Below are positions 26,739 through 35,658 of a DNA stretch of 64,000 nucleotides, one piece after another. Both the position numbers and the translations under genes were made by a program. The DNA lies in NCBI GenBank assembly GCA_038060895.1, contig JBBTCT010000027.1, forward strand, positions 64,001-128,000, in the 5' to 3' direction. Origin of the DNA: Planctomycetota bacterium. Lineage in GTDB: Bacteria; Planctomycetota; MHYJ01; WSZJ01. Every line of letters starts with the position of its first letter. The first letter of the stretch is position 1. Below the pieces are notes generated by a model. That model saw nothing but the letters and a program-made list of their open reading frames with translations, was not told the origin of the DNA and made no database searches.

Positions 26739-28942
26739 TTCTTCCCCAGGGCGGCGAGCACTTTGTCGGGGGTGATGGGGAGGTCGCTGATCCGCTTGCC
26801 GATGGCGTGCGCGACGGCGTTGGCGATCGCGGCCGGCGTCGGGATGATCGGCGGTTCCCCGATCCCCATGACTCCGGTGTTCGTCCGGCCGTTGGAGACG
26901 TCGAAGAGCACGACGGTGATTTCCGGGACTTCCTTCGGGCCCGCGATCCGGTAGTCGGAAAAGTTCGTGTTCAGCATGCGGCCCGAGGCGTCGTCAAGAA
27001 TTCGCTGCTCGAAAAGCGCGTAGGAGAGCCCCTGGATGATGCCTCCGTTGATCTGGCTTTCTGCGAGAAGCGGGTTGACGACGCGACCGCAGTCATGGAC
27101 GGCGACGACGCGGAGCACCTGCACGTGGCCGGTTTCGAGGTCGACTTCCACTTCCGCGAACTGACAGCCGGCGGTGCCGTCGCGGTAGCCCTTGAAGTTC
27201 TGGGCGCGCGTCGCCTGTTCGCTGACGTTGGCGCCGCTGATTTTCGCGCACGCTTCGGCCCACGAAATCGAGGTCCCGTCCTTCGCGACGACTTTTCCGT
27301 CCTTCGCGGTCAGGCTGTCCGCGTTTCCCTTCAGCGCCTTGGCGCACGCCTCGAACACGCGCCCCCTGGCCGCGGCCGCCGCGGCGCGCACCGCCGGCGT
27401 CACGGACGGGGCCGTCATCGAGCCGCCGCTTCCGTGCGAGTAGGGAAGCGTCGTATCGCCGAGTTTGACGCGGACCTGATCCGCTTTCAGCCCGAGTTCT
27501 TCGGCGGCGATCATCGCGATGATGGTGCGCGTGCCCGTCCCGATGTCCTGCGTGCCGCACTGGATTTCGACCGCGCCGTCGCGCGAGATGACGCAGCGGG
27601 CCTGCGCTCCAGGACCGCCGCCGCCGCCCCAGATTGAAGCGGCCACTCCGAGTCCGCGCGCCTTGCCTGGACCTCCCGCGTTCGGGAGCTGCGCGCGCCC
27701 CTCCCACCCCGCGACCTTGGCGCCCTCGCCGTATTCCGCGTGGCGCATTTCGTTGGAATCGTTCTTCTTCCGGAATTCGATCGGGTCCAGCCCGAGCTTC
27801 CCCGCAAGCTCGTCCATCGCTCCCTCGAGCGCGAACATCCCCTGCACGTGGCCGGGCGCGCGGAATGCGGCGGCGCCCCCGGCGTTCGTCATGACGTCCG
27901 CGTGCCAGACGCGCCGCACCGGGCAGTTGTACAGCGACATCAGGGGCGCCGCGCAGTTCGCCCCGCCGTTGATCCCGCCTGTCCCGTGGCTCACGAGCCA
28001 GAGACACGTCAGCTTGCCCTCCTTGTCCGCTCCCGCGCGCACACGCTGCACGCTCGACGGCCGGTTTCCTCCCGCCAGGTGCTCCTCTTTGCGCGTCAGC
28101 ATCAGCTTCACAGGCGCCTTCGCCTCGCGCGCCAGCCGCGCCGCAATCATCGAGTGCTGCCCCATGCCGAGCTTCGAGCCAAAGCCGCCTCCCATATGCT
28201 CCTTCAGGACGCGCACTTTTTCGGCCGGAAGCTGGAACCCGCGTGCCAGCCCATCGCGCACCGCGAAAATCCCCTGCGTCGAATCCCAGACGGTGAGCGA
28301 CCCATCGGACTCCCATTTCGCCACGCTCCCGTGACTCTCCAGGCACGAATGCGTCACCACCGGAGTCGTGAACGTGATGTCCACCGTGGCGTGCGATTTC
28401 TTGAGGGCGGAAGAGCAGGCTTCTTCCGCGGCCGTGTTCTGCGCTTCGCCACCGCGCTCGTTCGGGTTCTTGCCGCCCTGCACGCGCGGCGCGTTCGGCT
28501 TGCGGGCCTCTTCAAGGTCGACCACGTGCTCCTCGACCGCCCAGTCCACCTCGATCGCCCGCACTGCGTCCTCGGCCTGCGCTTCGGTCTCCGCCGCGAC
28601 CGCCGCGATCGGGTCGCCCTGGAACCTGGCCGCCTTCGCGATCTCAATCGCCGCTTTCACTCCCGGCATCTTCAGCGCCTTCGCAAACCCGATCGACCGC
28701 ACCGTCGCGCGCGCGTACGGCGACCGCAATACCCTCGCGATCAGCATCCCTTCCAACTTAACGTCCGCCGTGTACTTCGCCTTCCCCGTGACCTTGTCTG
28801 CTCCTTCGAGGCGCGGCGAACGCTTCCCGACCACCGCCAGCTTCGAGTCCGCATCCCAGGGAGCGGGCTCTGCGTCCGGCGAATCGACCTCGACCTCGCG
28901 GTAGTTGCCGGGATAGCCAACCCGAAGAGTCCGCTTGGCCAT
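26735..28942 (-). CDS. Xanthine dehydrogenase family molybdopterin-binding subunit (PaoC/YagR-like)
   Basis: KVTGKAKY, GGGFGSK, FRAPG, QDIGTG, SGGS, GIGEPP. Confidence 0.92.
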   Translation of the reverse strand: MAKRTLRVGYPGNYREVEVDSPDAEPAPWDADSKLAVVGKRSPRLEGADKVTGKAKYTADVKLEGMLIARVLRSPYARATVRSIGFAKALKMPGVKAAIEIAKAARFQGDPIAAVAAETEAQAEDAVRAIEVDWAVEEHVVDLEEARKPNAPRVQGGKNPNERGGEAQNTAAEEACSSALKKSHATVDITFTTPVVTHSCLESHGSVAKWESDGSLTVWDSTQGIFAVRDGLARGFQLPAEKVRVLKEHMGGGFGSKLGMGQHSMIAARLAREAKAPVKLMLTRKEEHLAGGNRPSSVQRVRAGADKEGKLTCLWLVSHGTGGINGGANCAAPLMSLYNCPVRRVWHADVMTNAGGAAAFRAPGHVQGMFALEGAMDELAGKLGLDPIEFRKKNDSNEMRHAEYGEGAKVAGWEGRAQLPNAGGPGKARGLGVAASIWGGGGGPGAQARCVISRDGAVEIQCGTQDIGTGTRTIIAMIAAEELGLKADQVRVKLGDTTLPYSHGSGGSMTAPSVTPAVRAAAAAARGRVFEACAKALKGNADSLTAKDGKVVAKDGTSISWAEACAKISGANVSEQATRAQNFKGYRDGTAGCQFAEVEVDLETGHVQVLRVVAVHDCGRVVNPLLAESQINGGIIQGLSYALFEQRILDDASGRMLNTNFSDYRIAGPKEVPEITVVLFDVSNGRTNTGVMGIGEPPIIPTPAAIANAVAHAIGKRISDLPITPDKVLAALGKK

Positions 28943-28943
28943 G

Positions 28944-29549
28944 TTATTTCGCCTTCGCGGCGGAGGCGGCCGCTTCAAAGATCCGGTTATACGCCGCGCA
29001 CCGGCAGAGGTTGCCGCAAAGTCCCGCGCGGATCTGGTCGCCGGACGGGGAAGGGGTTTTCTCGAGGAGGGCGACGGTCGCCATGACCTGCCCGGGCGTG
29101 CAGTAGCCGCACTGGTAGCCGTCTTTCTCGATGAAGGCCGCCTGGACGGGATGCAGGTCCTCGCCCTTTGCGAGCCCCTCGATGGTCCTGATTTCGCGGC
29201 CGCGGGCCTGCAGGGCCAGCATCATGCAGGCGTAGACGGCCTTTCCGTCGACGATCACCGTACAGGCGCCGCACTCACCGCGATCGCAGGCATTCTTTGC
29301 TCCCGTGAGGTCGAGCGAATCCCGGAGGACGTCGAGAAGCGTCGCCCGGGGTTCAGCGGTGACCTCGTGGTCGTTGCCGTTGACCCGCAGGCCGAACTTT
29401 ACGGGAGCGGGGCCGAGCCCGCCGCCGGCCTTGCGGAGGTCCTCGTCTTCCGCCGACGACTTGCCGGCAAGCATCCCTGCGCCTGCCAGCGCGCCAGTGA
29501 CGCTTAGGAAATCGCGGCGGGAAAGGCCTTCCGGTCGGTCTGCGGGCAT
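28944..29549 (-). CDS. [2Fe-2S] subunit with Tat signal (PaoA/YagT-like)
   Basis: SRRDFL Tat motif; CDRGECGAC, QCGYCTPG, NLCRC. Confidence 0.92.
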   Translation of the reverse strand: MPADRPEGLSRRDFLSVTGALAGAGMLAGKSSAEDEDLRKAGGGLGPAPVKFGLRVNGNDHEVTAEPRATLLDVLRDSLDLTGAKNACDRGECGACTVIVDGKAVYACMMLALQARGREIRTIEGLAKGEDLHPVQAAFIEKDGYQCGYCTPGQVMATVALLEKTPSPSGDQIRAGLCGNLCRCAAYNRIFEAAASAAKAK

Positions 29550-29641
29550 CGGGGAACTGTACGGGTGCGCGGGGGGCGTGTCAAAGCGGGGATGAACAGC
29601 TTCTGCAAACCCGGTGACCGGGCTAGAATTCACCTTCACCC

Positions 29642-30454
29642 ATGCGACGCCTCATCATCAACGCGGACGACCTCGGCGCGGACCCCGCCCGCAACCGAGG
29701 CATCTTCGAAGCCGCCCAGCGCGGCGTCGTCACCGACGGATCGCTTCTCGTGAACGCGCAGGGTTTTGAAGATGCCGTGAAGGACAAGCGGATGAAGGAC
29801 CTTCCGTGCGGCCTGCACCTGAACATCAGCGAGGGGAAACCGATCGGCGGTCCGTACAAGACGCTCACCGCAGCCAACGGAGACTTCTTCGGCAAGGACG
29901 AAACGTGGAGGCTCGCGCTCTGCGGCATGTTCGACCCGGCGGAAATCCGCATTGAAGCGGAAGCGCAGGTTTCGCTGATGCGCCGGGCGGGCGTCGATCC
30001 CACGCACCTCGACGGGCACCAGCACCTTCACCTTGTCCCGCGCGTCGCGGCCGGCCTGCTCGCCCTCTCGGTGCCGCGACGGGTCCGCCTCGTATTCGAA
30101 CATCCCGACGGCACGATCATGGCCGGGCCCGACAAGGCGGCGTACCTCAACCGCTTCCGCGAAATGTCCGCCGCTTCCCGCCCGCTGTGGGAAGCGGCCG
30201 GCTGGCGCTGGCCGGAACGGCACCTCGGCGCGGGCTTGATCGGAGCCGTGCACCCCGGGACGCTCCTGCGCCTCCTCGATCTCGTCGGGGATGGCATTTC
30301 CGAAGTCCTCGTCCACCCCGGCTACCCGCAGGCCGGCTCGCTTCCGTTCTCGACGTCGGAGCGCGAAATCGAGCTCGAGGCCCTTCTCGACCCGCGCATC
30401 CGCGAAGGGATCGGTGCGCGCGGCCTGACGCTCTCGAACTGGAGCGCCGTGTAG
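29642..30454 (+). CDS. YdjC/ChbG/HpnK-family carbohydrate deacetylase
   Basis: IINADDLG, GLHLNISEG, THLDGHQHLH, EVLVHPG. Confidence 0.9.
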   Translation: MRRLIINADDLGADPARNRGIFEAAQRGVVTDGSLLVNAQGFEDAVKDKRMKDLPCGLHLNISEGKPIGGPYKTLTAANGDFFGKDETWRLALCGMFDPAEIRIEAEAQVSLMRRAGVDPTHLDGHQHLHLVPRVAAGLLALSVPRRVRLVFEHPDGTIMAGPDKAAYLNRFREMSAASRPLWEAAGWRWPERHLGAGLIGAVHPGTLLRLLDLVGDGISEVLVHPGYPQAGSLPFSTSEREIELEALLDPRIREGIGARGLTLSNWSAV

Positions 30455-30457
30455 CCC

Positions 30458-31486
30458 TTGGAAATCGCGCTCGTCGTACCGGCGTATGGCACGGTCACGG
30501 GGAACTCGATTTCCGCGCGGCGCATCCTGCAGGGGATCGTCGCCTCGGGCTCACTCGCAAAGGTCCTCGACGTTGAAGCGCTGGGCGTCTACATCCCGAA
30601 CGTGATTGCGGCGTACGAGCCCGACGTTGTCCACGCGTTCCACGCCCGCAAAACCGGCTTCCTCGTCCGCGACTCTCGTCCCCTCGTCATTTCCCTCACG
30701 GGGACTGACGTAGGGCGCGACCTGGCGGTGCCGGACCACAAAGCAGAGGTCCTGGCCGCATGCCGCGCGGCTTTCGCGCTGGTCGTTCACCATCGCGAAA
30801 CCGCCGCGCCGCTCCTGGAAGCGGATCCCTCGCTCGCGGCGAAGATACGAATCGTTCCGAAAGGAATGGGACTGCTCGAGGAAGCGCCCTTCCCGATGCG
30901 GGAGACGTTTTCGATTCCGTCCGACCGACCGGTTTTCCTGATGCCGGGCGGGATCCGGCCCGTCAAAGGTCAACTGCGGGCGATTCATGCGCTGGACAAT
31001 CTCGGGATTGAGCTTGTGATCGCCGGCCCGCGGCTGGACGAGGAGTACGGGAAGCGGGTTGTCGAGGCGGCGCGGGAACGGCCGTGGGTTCGCCTCATTG
31101 AGATCCGTCCGCACGCACGGATGGCGGGCGCCTACCGCGAGGCCGACGTCGTCCTGAACGCCTCGGATGTCGAAGGGATGTCGAACGCAATCCTGGAAGC
31201 GATGTACTTCGCCCGCCCCGTGCTGGCTGCGGACATCCCCGGCAACCGCAGCCTGGTTGAGCCGGGCGTGACCGGGTTGATGTTCAGCAGCGACGCCGAG
31301 TTGCGCGAAGCCGCCCGCCGGCTCGCAACGGATGCCGCTCTTCGCTCCACCCTCGGCACGGGCGGCGCGATCCGCGCCAGGGCCCGGCATTCCGCGGAAG
31401 CCGAGGCGAAGGCGATGATGGAGATCTACCGGGAGGCGGCAGCCTCGATGGCCGGCGTCAAACGGACGCCAACCGTGCTGCCGTAA
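30458..31486 (+). CDS. GT4 glycosyltransferase, SenB/GLT1D1-like subgroup
   Basis: TGNSISARR, HAFHARK, LTGTD, GIRPVKG, EGMSNAILEAM. Confidence 0.8.
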   Translation: MEIALVVPAYGTVTGNSISARRILQGIVASGSLAKVLDVEALGVYIPNVIAAYEPDVVHAFHARKTGFLVRDSRPLVISLTGTDVGRDLAVPDHKAEVLAACRAAFALVVHHRETAAPLLEADPSLAAKIRIVPKGMGLLEEAPFPMRETFSIPSDRPVFLMPGGIRPVKGQLRAIHALDNLGIELVIAGPRLDEEYGKRVVEAARERPWVRLIEIRPHARMAGAYREADVVLNASDVEGMSNAILEAMYFARPVLAADIPGNRSLVEPGVTGLMFSSDAELREAARRLATDAALRSTLGTGGAIRARARHSAEAEAKAMMEIYREAAASMAGVKRTPTVLP

Positions 31487-32691
31487 TGCGTCGCAATTTC
31501 ATCCTCCTCTGGCTCGGGCAGTTCATTTCGCAGGCGGGCGACGCGTTGCTCTCCGCCGTTCTCGTTTTTCTCGTGCTGGCGCTGAGCCCGGAAGGAGTCG
31601 GCGGCGGACGCGCCGGGCTCGTTCGTTTTGCCGGGACCGTTCCATTCCTGCTCCTGAGCCCGCTCGCGGGGATGCTCGCCGACCGCGTCGATCGCCGGCG
31701 GCTGATGATCGTTTCCGACGTCGCGCGCGCCGCGGTCCTGCTTGCCATCCCGTTCCTCTGGCAGGCAGGGGAGTTGACCTGGCTCACGCTCGCCGTCGCG
31801 GCGTTCCTCGTCTCCACCTTCTCCAGCGCCTTCTCCCCGGCGATGAGCGCGTTCGTCCCGGACATCGCCGAAGGCCTGGCGCTCGTCCGCGCCAACGCTC
31901 TTCTCCAGACCTCCACCCAGCTGGCTATGATCGGAGGCATGCTGGTCGCCGCCGTGGCCCTCGGGGCCGCCGGTCCGGAGAGTGCGAAGCGGCCCGGCAC
32001 CATGGTCGTCCTCATCGCCGCAAACGGCGCCACCTTCCTCTTCTCGGCCGCCTGCCTCCGCTTCATCCGCACAGCCCCACGCCCCCCGCGCCCGGCAACC
32101 CGCCCCGCCGCCGGGCTCACCCTCGCCCTCCGATCCCCACTCTTCCGCGCCCTCCTCTTCCTCACCGCCGTCGATAATTTCTTCATCATGGGACCGGCCA
32201 TGGTCGGAAGCGCCATTCTGCTGAAGACGACTTTCGGGCTCGGAGTGAAGGAACTCGCGATCTTCGAGGCGTGCCTTGCGGGGGGATGGTTCTGCGGGAG
32301 CATCTGGCTCGCTAGAAGAGCGACGTTTTTCCTGCCGAAAGGGAAGCTGCTGCTCCTCGGGATGTTCCTGGACGGGGTGACGTACATCCCGTTCTTCTGG
32401 ATCCGGTCGTTTCCCCTGCTGTGCCTCGCGGTGTTCGTCCATGGCCTCACCATCCCGCTCATCACCGTCCCGCGCACCGTCCTCGTCCAGGAGCGGATCC
32501 CCCGCGAGATGCAGGCCCAGGCGTTCTCCCTCGTGCAGCTCACGGTCATCGGATTCACCTCGCTGTCCGTTCTCGCCACCGGCTGGCTAGGCGACCGGAT
32601 CGGCGCCCCGGCGCTCTTCCTCGGAGCCGGAATCGGGGCGATGGTGGGGCTCGCGGGCGCGTTCTCCCGGGCGCTTCGGCAGGCCACATGA
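31486..32691 (+). CDS. MFS transporter
   Basis: NFILLWLGQFISQAGD, GMLADRVDRRRLM, multiple TM segments. Confidence 0.9.
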   Translation: MRRNFILLWLGQFISQAGDALLSAVLVFLVLALSPEGVGGGRAGLVRFAGTVPFLLLSPLAGMLADRVDRRRLMIVSDVARAAVLLAIPFLWQAGELTWLTLAVAAFLVSTFSSAFSPAMSAFVPDIAEGLALVRANALLQTSTQLAMIGGMLVAAVALGAAGPESAKRPGTMVVLIAANGATFLFSAACLRFIRTAPRPPRPATRPAAGLTLALRSPLFRALLFLTAVDNFFIMGPAMVGSAILLKTTFGLGVKELAIFEACLAGGWFCGSIWLARRATFFLPKGKLLLLGMFLDGVTYIPFFWIRSFPLLCLAVFVHGLTIPLITVPRTVLVQERIPREMQAQAFSLVQLTVIGFTSLSVLATGWLGDRIGAPALFLGAGIGAMVGLAGAFSRALRQAT

Positions 32692-32728
32692 AGTGCGTGT
32701 AGCGCCTCATTATTATCAAACGCCCCTA

Positions 32729-32756
32729 TTGACATAGAGGCATCTCATCATATAAT
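32729..32756 (+). promoter_or_regulatory. Consensus sigma-70 promoter of recQ
   Basis: TTGACA (32729-32734), 16-nt spacer, TATAAT (32751-32756), 6 nt before ATG. Confidence 0.8.
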
Positions 32757-32762
32757 GGAGGC

Positions 32763-34697
32763 ATGAACCTCGAATCCGACTTGAAGCGGCTCTTCGGCCA
32801 CGAACGCTTCCTTCCCGGCCAGAAACCCCTCGTCGAGGCCCTGCTCGGCGGGCGCGACGCCCTCGGAATCCTCCCCACGGGCGGCGGCAAGTCCCTCTGT
32901 TACCAGCTTCCGGCCTTTCTCAGGCCCGGCCTCACCGTCGTGGTCTCACCTCTCATTGCCCTCATGAAGGACCAGGTGGATGGGCTGAGGCGAAGAGGCA
33001 TCCCGGGATCTGCGGAGATTCACTCACACCTCCCGGCCGGTGAAGGAATGCGGCGGATCCGAGAAGCGGCGGCCGGCCGGCTGCGGCTGCTTTACCTCTC
33101 GCCGGAGCGCCTGTCGATCCCCGGCACCGTGACGGCCCTTCGGCGTGCGGGAGTGGCGCGCTTCGTCGTCGACGAAGCCCACTGCATTTCTCACTGGGGG
33201 CACGACTTCCGCCCCGACTACCTTGGGCTGTCGCCGCACGCAGCGGCGCTCGGGGCAGGAGCAACTCTCGCGCTGACGGCGACCGCGACCCCGCGTGTCC
33301 GTGCGGAAATCGTGGCTCGGCTCGGGCTGCGATCGCCCTGCGTCATCGTGAACCCGTTCGACCGGCCCAATCTGTTTCTCGGGGCCCGCAGGGTCGCCGA
33401 GGAGAAGAAGGTGGATGCCGCGGCGGGCGTGCTGGGCCGGGAAGGATCGGCGATCGCCTACGTTGGCCGCCAGAAGGACGCCGTGGAAGTCGCCGCGGCT
33501 CTCGTCGAACGCGGCATTTCCGCCGTTCCGTACCACGGCGGAATGGACAGCAAGCAGCGCGCCAGCAACCAGGACGCCTGGATCCGGGGACGCGCCCGCG
33601 TCGTCGTGGGAACCGTCGCCTTCGGGATGGGAATCGACAAGCCCGACGTCCGCGCCGTGGTCCATCTCCACCTCCCAGGATCGCTGGAGGCCTATTACCA
33701 GGAAATCGGCCGTGCCGGGCGCGACGGAGAGCCGGCGAACTGCTGGCTTCTGCACAGCCCGCGCAATTCGTCGCTTCACCACTTCTTCATCGAGCGCCGC
33801 TATCCCACCGAGGCCGAGATTCGCGTCGTACACGAGCGACTCCTCCTGGGAGAAGGGCCCCCGCCACCGCGGGAATTCCCTCCCGAGAAGTGGCAGTCCG
33901 CCCGCGCCTGGCTCATGGAGAAGGGGCTCATGGCTCCCGGCCGCCCCCTTGCGCCTCTTCCGTTGACGCTGGACCTCGCTTCTCTTCAAGCCCGCAAAGC
34001 CGCCGACCTCGCGCGCCTCGCGGCCGTCGAATCGTGGGCCGATGGCGACCGGTGCCGCAGGGCGGCGCTTCTGAGGTACTTCGGCGAGCGCCCTTCGCCG
34101 GACCTGGACTGCCGCAACTGCGACGCGTGTCGCCGATCTCCCGGCGATCATGCGCAGGCACGGGAGATGGGCGTCTATACGGGGCGGAGGGATCCCGACG
34201 AAGAAGCGGTGCGTTCCGCGGTTCTGGCGGCGGCCACTGAGCTCGGTCCGCGAGGGATTTCCAGGCGCGTGCTCGACCAGATCCTCGCCGGGCGGGCGGA
34301 ACCCGCGGCCCGAAAGGGGCTCCACCGGTCCGCCCACCTGGGTTCGCTGGAGGGACTCGCGGCGCAGCGGCTGATAGAGACGAAGAAGGCCCTGGTCGAG
34401 GAGGGGACCTTCGACGAGGTGCCCGGACCGGCCGCAACCTGGCTCCCGGGAAGTCCGCGGCCCGTTGTGCCGCACGCGGAAGCGGTCCGGATTCTACGGC
34501 TGGTGGCGGGGGATCTGGCGAGGCTCACACGGACGCAAGCGGCGCGCCGGCTGGGCGGGGATGCGGCGTTCTGGGCGGAGCGGATTGAGCTTCTCGCGCG
34601 GTCGGGGTATGTCGATTCGGACGGGGAAGCGCGGCTGGTGCTGACGCCGAAGGGGATGGAGGCGGTGGCGACGGCGGAGAGGCGGGGGGCTGTTTAG
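32763..34697 (+). CDS. recQ: RecQ-family ATP-dependent DNA helicase
   Basis: PTGGGKSLCYQ, DEAHCISHWGHDFRP, AFGMGIDK, QEIGRAGRDG, CRR..CRNCDAC. Confidence 0.92.
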   Translation: MNLESDLKRLFGHERFLPGQKPLVEALLGGRDALGILPTGGGKSLCYQLPAFLRPGLTVVVSPLIALMKDQVDGLRRRGIPGSAEIHSHLPAGEGMRRIREAAAGRLRLLYLSPERLSIPGTVTALRRAGVARFVVDEAHCISHWGHDFRPDYLGLSPHAAALGAGATLALTATATPRVRAEIVARLGLRSPCVIVNPFDRPNLFLGARRVAEEKKVDAAAGVLGREGSAIAYVGRQKDAVEVAAALVERGISAVPYHGGMDSKQRASNQDAWIRGRARVVVGTVAFGMGIDKPDVRAVVHLHLPGSLEAYYQEIGRAGRDGEPANCWLLHSPRNSSLHHFFIERRYPTEAEIRVVHERLLLGEGPPPPREFPPEKWQSARAWLMEKGLMAPGRPLAPLPLTLDLASLQARKAADLARLAAVESWADGDRCRRAALLRYFGERPSPDLDCRNCDACRRSPGDHAQAREMGVYTGRRDPDEEAVRSAVLAAATELGPRGISRRVLDQILAGRAEPAARKGLHRSAHLGSLEGLAAQRLIETKKALVEEGTFDEVPGPAATWLPGSPRPVVPHAEAVRILRLVAGDLARLTRTQAARRLGGDAAFWAERIELLARSGYVDSDGEARLVLTPKGMEAVATAERRGAV

Positions 34698-34721
34698 ACC
34701 ACGGCTTACATCGTCGCAGGT

Positions 34722-34888
34722 ACACGGAGTTCACGAAGGACACGGAAGACACAGAAAAATGAACTTGAACGAGTTGACCTACGCCGTGATTGGCGGCGCG
34801 ATAGAAGTTCACGGGGTGTCGGGGGCCTGGGTTGCTCGAAGGAACATACTAGGTCTGCCTGCCTCTGTGCTCTGCGTGAACTCCGTGT
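34722..34888 (+). pseudogene. Truncated GxxExxY-family gene remnant between inverted 9-bp-periodic arms
   Basis: MNLNELTYAVIGGAIEVH from 34759, frameshift in G5 run, then GPGLLEGTY*VCL; perfect 14-bp IR ACACGGAGTTCACG at 34722-34735/34875-34888. Confidence 0.8.
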
Positions 34889-34918
34889 CAGACAGTAAGC
34901 GAGCGTCGCTCCCTGCCG

Positions 34919-35623
34919 TCACTGAACGCTCTTCCACGCGCTCCCCTCCGGCACATTGAGCGCCCATCCCCCGGGCGCTCCCGGCCACGACAACTGTCCC
35001 CCTCTCGAGTTTTCCATCATCGTTGCTCCCGGCGGCGGAGCGCCCCCTGGTCCGGGACCTTCGAGGTCGCGTGCCCAGATCGCGCCCGATTCGAGCAAAA
35101 TAAAAACATGGTGGCCCGTCGATTCCGGCTCCGCAGGCCAGGCCGTGAAACCGAACTTCGAGGGGTTGGAAGGGCCTCCCGCCTGGTACGGCCGCGCGGG
35201 ATCCGAGTTGTCGGTGGTCATCGCGCGGAACAGGTAGCCGGCGTGCGGGACGGCGTAACCGGAGACCAGCATCGCCGTCACCTGCGGACGAGTCCCGCCC
35301 GAAGTCGCCAGCGCCGGCGCGCCGTCCGCCTTCGCCAGATCCGCGGAGATCAGTCCCCAGGGCGCCCCGTCATGGTTGGCGACCCGGTACAAACCGGACC
35401 AGTCCTGGGTCCAGAAGTCCGCTTCACCATTGCCGTCCGCATCATTCTGCCGCCAGGCGGTCTCGGTGATCGCGACGTGCCGGAGAGCCGCGACCGCCTG
35501 GGACTCGTTGGAGGCGAGCCTGGCTCGCGAGAGGCTGGTCAACGCGATGGAGAAGAGCATGATCGAGATGGCGAGCACGATCAGCAGCTCGATCAACGTG
35601 AAGGCGGCGGCGCGACGTCTCAT
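34919..35623 (-). CDS. Prepilin-type N-terminal cleavage/methylation domain protein
   Basis: AFTLIELLIVLAI, ARLASNESQAVAALR, GYLFR..FGFTAWP. Confidence 0.85.
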   Translation of the reverse strand: MRRRAAAFTLIELLIVLAISIMLFSIALTSLSRARLASNESQAVAALRHVAITETAWRQNDADGNGEADFWTQDWSGLYRVANHDGAPWGLISADLAKADGAPALATSGGTRPQVTAMLVSGYAVPHAGYLFRAMTTDNSDPARPYQAGGPSNPSKFGFTAWPAEPESTGHHVFILLESGAIWARDLEGPGPGGAPPPGATMMENSRGGQLSWPGAPGGWALNVPEGSAWKSVQ

Positions 35624-35658
35624 GGATCCATTCTAAGCGACGTGAGCCGGATGCGCCT

